From NCBI RefSeq assembly GCF_006345805.1, contig NW_021835992.1, positions 248,001 to 312,000 on the forward strand: 64,000 bases of DNA, given 5' to 3'. Positions 60,105 through 64,000 of the stretch are shown piece by piece. This DNA is from Octopus sinensis. Taxonomy: Eukaryota. Position 1 is the first letter of the stretch. Each line of letters begins with the position of its first letter. The notes under the pieces were generated by a model. It saw only the letters and a program-made list of their open reading frames with translations, was not told where the DNA came from and did not search any database. Made by a program: the position numbers and the translations under genes.

Positions 60105-62924
60105 TATTTGTGGGTATTGGAAATGGAGCAACTCTTAGTTTATGATAACCTAAAATGAAATAAAATATTAAACGTATACATTAACTGAATAATGACCAAA
60201 ATTTTCTTGAAAATGATAACGCTATGTGGATAGTCATAGTATTTAAAGTTATCTATTAGTATTTTTAAATACTCATAACTACAGCATTGACTACAGAGTG
60301 ACTAATTACAGTTTAAGGAAAACTCAGATGCAAAAACTCAAATTAGTCAACTATTCTTTGGCATAAATTTTAGAGAGCACTATTACAACCTATTCACAGA
60401 CTGGCACACACCGACCAACAAAATTATTGGAACTGTCAGAGAACTGTAATTCTCAATAGTCTACGATAGCATCAGTACTGTATTGGTTATGTAGAAAGTG
60501 GTCACGTCTTGATAAATAATAATCACACTATTTTTTTGTTTTTTACATTCGATGAGTCACAAAAATAAAAAGTAAGAAAAATGAACATATTTCTCGAAGT
60601 TAATTAGTTAGTAGCCTCAAACTCCTTGACATTGGGAAAGCCGGTCGTTTTCAGAAATCTCGTGAAAATGACATTGCGGGTGGTCTAGGACAGAAGAACA
60701 AATGGTGGAGGGAGATCGGATTGGAGTTACACACGTGGCAGGCTTTTCTTTCTGATGTTTTTTCGTGAAATCGTGTCCAAAGCGAAAATGATGCCCGTGG
60801 CAAATTGTTCTGAGAATTTCTTTTTTGGCAATAATAATTTTGATTTATCGATTTTCGGAGGGATTTTTGAAATATTTTGTTTGGTGATTGTCTCCTAATG
60901 ACACTTGTGGAAGCAAAGTCATGTATTAATGCTGATTTTTGTCCTCAGCTTCCAAATATAATTTTCAATACAATTTTTTCCAGATCAGCACAAGTAGCAC
61001 GTGTTTTCCTTTTGTTAGTAATCAGCCGAAGAGTCATCAAAAATTGGAGCTTGGAAAATTCAAGATGATTAACAATAAGCAGGATTATTGTTTCCAAATG
61101 GAAATAGTCAATAAAAAGATTTTAAACATCTGGTTATTTTTCTGAGTTGAGGATTCTGGATTCGTTGAAAATTCTCAAGGAATGCGAGCGAGACGCACGG
61201 AGACCAGCAGAGCCTAAAAGTTATCAATATTCAGAGATTCAAGTTTTAATTACTGTAAATCGACTGGAACTAAGATACTAGCTGAATACAAATAGACCAA
61301 TGATATGAAATTTTAATTATTTTATTTTTAGATGTTCTTAATTTATCGAATTAAAAACAATATATTACCACGTTTTAAATAGGTTGTAATCTTTCCTTTG
61401 GTATTGTTTCGTTTGCAAATTCTTATGTTTTCTTTCTTTTGGCTCTATACTTAAAATGGATATTCCGAAATTAAACAGACAAATTTTGCTGTTTGAAATA
61501 TAATAGACACAAAAATGGCAAATTTTGGGATCGCTGTCAAAGAGTGACCTTTCATATAAACGAAGGTCTTTTAGAAGACGTATATCTTTTGTGGGGCAGA
61601 TAATTTACTCAATTTTTTGTTGGTATTTCTCGTTTTTATTACGTTTTCTCCCCGTTCAGGTAGTTGTTGCATAAGACTAGCCCGAGGGCTTTACAGAAAT
61701 TCCCCAATGTGTTTTCCGGCAGGTTTCTATATCCTTTTTTACGTTGCCCTATAAAAGTTTCTGTACCACGAAGAATACTAGTTTGTGCGTTCCAATCTCC
61801 GGTGATGAGAAGGAGTGTAGATGAGGACAGGTAAATGTGGAGTCAGCACTTTGTAGAATTCGTTTATATCATAAGGAGCATTGAAAATTCTGCCATTCTG
61901 CAAATACGTTGATAACTGATAGAACCCCATTTAATCTTTTTTATTGCTAATTTGCACTTTTAGTACTAAAATTCATTTTGTTACTCTCCGCCATTGAGTC
62001 AACACTAAAGTCTTTTGTTAATCACAAATCCTTGTCTATAATGTCTGCAGTCGGAGGGTAGAAAGATCATTTTGTGATTTTCATATGTTAAGTCTATTCT
62101 AGATTTTTGATTGGTCTCTTGTAGGCATCCGATGTTAGCGCAATTTTCTAAATTTTATCATCGTCAGTTTCAACAGTTTTTGTTGGGTATAGAATTCGAA
62201 TACGGAGATCTAACGTATTTTTCAAAGCAGGGGATCGATGTTAAAATAAAATTTACTCGTTGTTTGGTTAAATAAAGTTTTATTCAATTAATTAATATTA
62301 GCCTTAAATAAGTAAACAAAATTATCCGCCCCGCAGACCAATAATTTTTTTATAATCCGGCTCGTGAAGTGGGAAATTCTCCGACCCCTGCTGAGCATTT
62401 CTATAAAATAGCAAGAATTCATAAACGATGTATTTCAATGACTTAATTAAACCCATCATAATAAAATTTGACTGAACGTTTTATAAAACTTTTTCAGCGA
62501 ATCTCGGTGCTCCGCGGAAACCGCCATTCAATATGCAGTCCGGCATCGTTTAGCCAACCCTTAGTCTCTCGACTACTCTTTCAACCATCTACGCTAGCTA
62601 GCATCTAAACTTTCTCAATTCTCAAAGTTCTGTTTAAAAAAATTACAAAAATACTTGTTTCAACCTAGGAATATGCATTAATCAACATTAAAACACGAGT
62701 ATATCTTTAAAGTCCATTTCTTTTTCAAAAGAATATTTCCCGGTTTGATTAAAGCAGTGTGATCTTCCTTCACAACTCTCAATGTCCCAAAATATAAAAA
62801 TGTAGTTAACGGTTAGTGCTTTTAGTCAGTTATTATGTATTTCTAGTGATCTCTATATAATAATCATAATTATGACTAGAAATAAGTGAAAAACAAAAAT
62901 AATCATAACTAAAAATAGGAAAAA

Positions 62925-63565
62925 TCAAAGCTGTCCACACTGTGAAATGACGACATTAGTCTTGGGCTTATTATTAGGCCCAACTGGCATATTCTCCACT
63001 TTTTTGAGAACCAGAATACCCTCAAGAATACGCCCTTTAAATAAAACAACAAAAATACCAAAAACGACATGTTTCTTATCCAAATAAGTGCAATCAGCAC
63101 AAGTAATAAAAAATTGACACCCATTCGAATCCTTTCCACTGTTGGCCTACAAACCTCCCCCAAAACAAGACCATCGACAACACCCCCGCCGACGAATGTG
63201 ACCCCCCCAAGTCTTCATCGTTGAACTCCCCTCCATAAATAGAAAAGACTCCCGTTCCGTCCCCCTTTATAAAGTCCCCTCCCTGGACCATAAAGTCCTT
63301 CATGACCCTGTGGAAGGTCGAGTCCTTGTAGCCGACAGGGACCCCGTCCTTTTTGAACTCTCCTGTACAGAATTGTCTTTTATTTGTATAAATATATAGA
63401 CCTAAAATTTTCGGCTGTTTTTGGTGTTTTGTGGGCATAAAGTTCAAATTTGATACGACCTGCTTCCTGTCGATATTAAATGTGGGAGATTACATATGAG
63501 CCGATTTTTATATCAAAAAACACCACTGGATTATCCGGATGAGCTAAATTGTCGAACACTGACAT
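62925..63565 (-). CDS. PPIH: Peptidyl-prolyl isomerase H (U4/U6 cyclophilin), 179 aa, 5 exons
   Basis: Introns of 27,25,25,24 nt; [11 protein letters not shown]...[30 protein letters not shown]...[19 protein letters not shown]. Confidence 0.93.
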
Positions 63566-63652
63566 TAATCTAACCACACACAACAAAAATAAAACAATAA
63601 AATCTATTAAAAAACAAATTAAATTTATAATTAAATTAATCAATTCCAAATT

Positions 63653-64000
63653 TTAATACCAATAAGTTTTTTTCCTAACAGTCTCATCTTTAGGCACTCC
63701 AAGAGAATCCTTAATATCATCCTCCACCAAATTCAGTGTTGGCTTGTAGCTCACAAAAGTGACCGTCCGGGGATCACAGTCCTTAGCCCCCTCCTTGTAC
63801 TCCTCCGGCACAATATAGCCGTAGGAGGGGTCCAATATCTCCCAGGCTGATGCCGGGATTGGGATGTGGGCTCCGGTCGTGGAGGAGACTCGGATGAGGT
63901 CTCCGTCTTCCGTGTATCTCCACGTCACCGCGGTCCCTTTCCTGGTATTTACCATCGTTGGAATACTTTTCAATTGGATCCACCAGCTGTATGTCCTCCA
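63653..64000 (-). CDS. MRPL24: Mitochondrial ribosomal protein L24, 3' part (runs off window)
   Basis: EDIQLVDPIEK-(25-nt intron)-KGTAVTWRYTEDGDLIRVSSTTG...GAKD...YKPTL...KKTYWY*. Confidence 0.88.
   Translation of the reverse strand, partial: WRTYSWWIQLKSIPTMVNTRKGTAVTWRYTEDGDLIRVSSTTGAHIPIPASAWEILDPSYGYIVPEEYKEGAKDCDPRTVTFVSYKPTLNLVEDDIKDSLGVPKDETVRKKTYWY

Noticed and set aside
62228-62390. hAT MITE (caggggatcg...ccgacccctg)
   Set aside because: TIR match is imperfect and the flanking 8-mers do not form a TSD.
1-64000. Microsporidian or myxozoan origin of the whole window
   Set aside because: Notch and CFAP52 with many spliceosomal introns and a mitochondrial ribosomal protein indicate a ciliated animal; microsporidia lack these genes and myxozoans lack cilia.

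Overview
AT-rich eukaryotic (animal) genomic DNA in which small, very compact gene islands sit among mostly decayed transposons. Manual splicing shows that nearly all host genes are cut by ultra-short GT-AG introns (23-32 nt), so the ORF track misses most of them. Notch, a motile-cilia gene and these micro-introns together point to a dicyemid mesozoan (inference). Reconstructed genes: a tandem family of small secreted LRR proteins (1268-2083, 7652-8458, plus a decayed third copy), CFAP52 (20015-22214, -), a cornichon homolog with an in-frame TAA (30461-30994), a reduced Notch receptor (34613-39015, -), PPIH (62925-63565, -), the 3' part of MRPL24 (63653-64000, -) and an AP-1 mu pseudogene. Mobile DNA includes RLE-type (R4/Dong-like) non-LTR elements (one intact with a 14-bp TSD, one full-length with a 13-bp TSD), many CRE-like fragments, RTE-like and Jockey-like LINEs, hAT, pogo/Tigger and Tc1/mariner derivatives, rve-integrase (Ginger-like) remnants and a tRNA-derived SINE. 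No rRNA, true tRNA gene or CRISPR was found. All gene models and family assignments were made by eye and from remembered family motifs; no database search was run.
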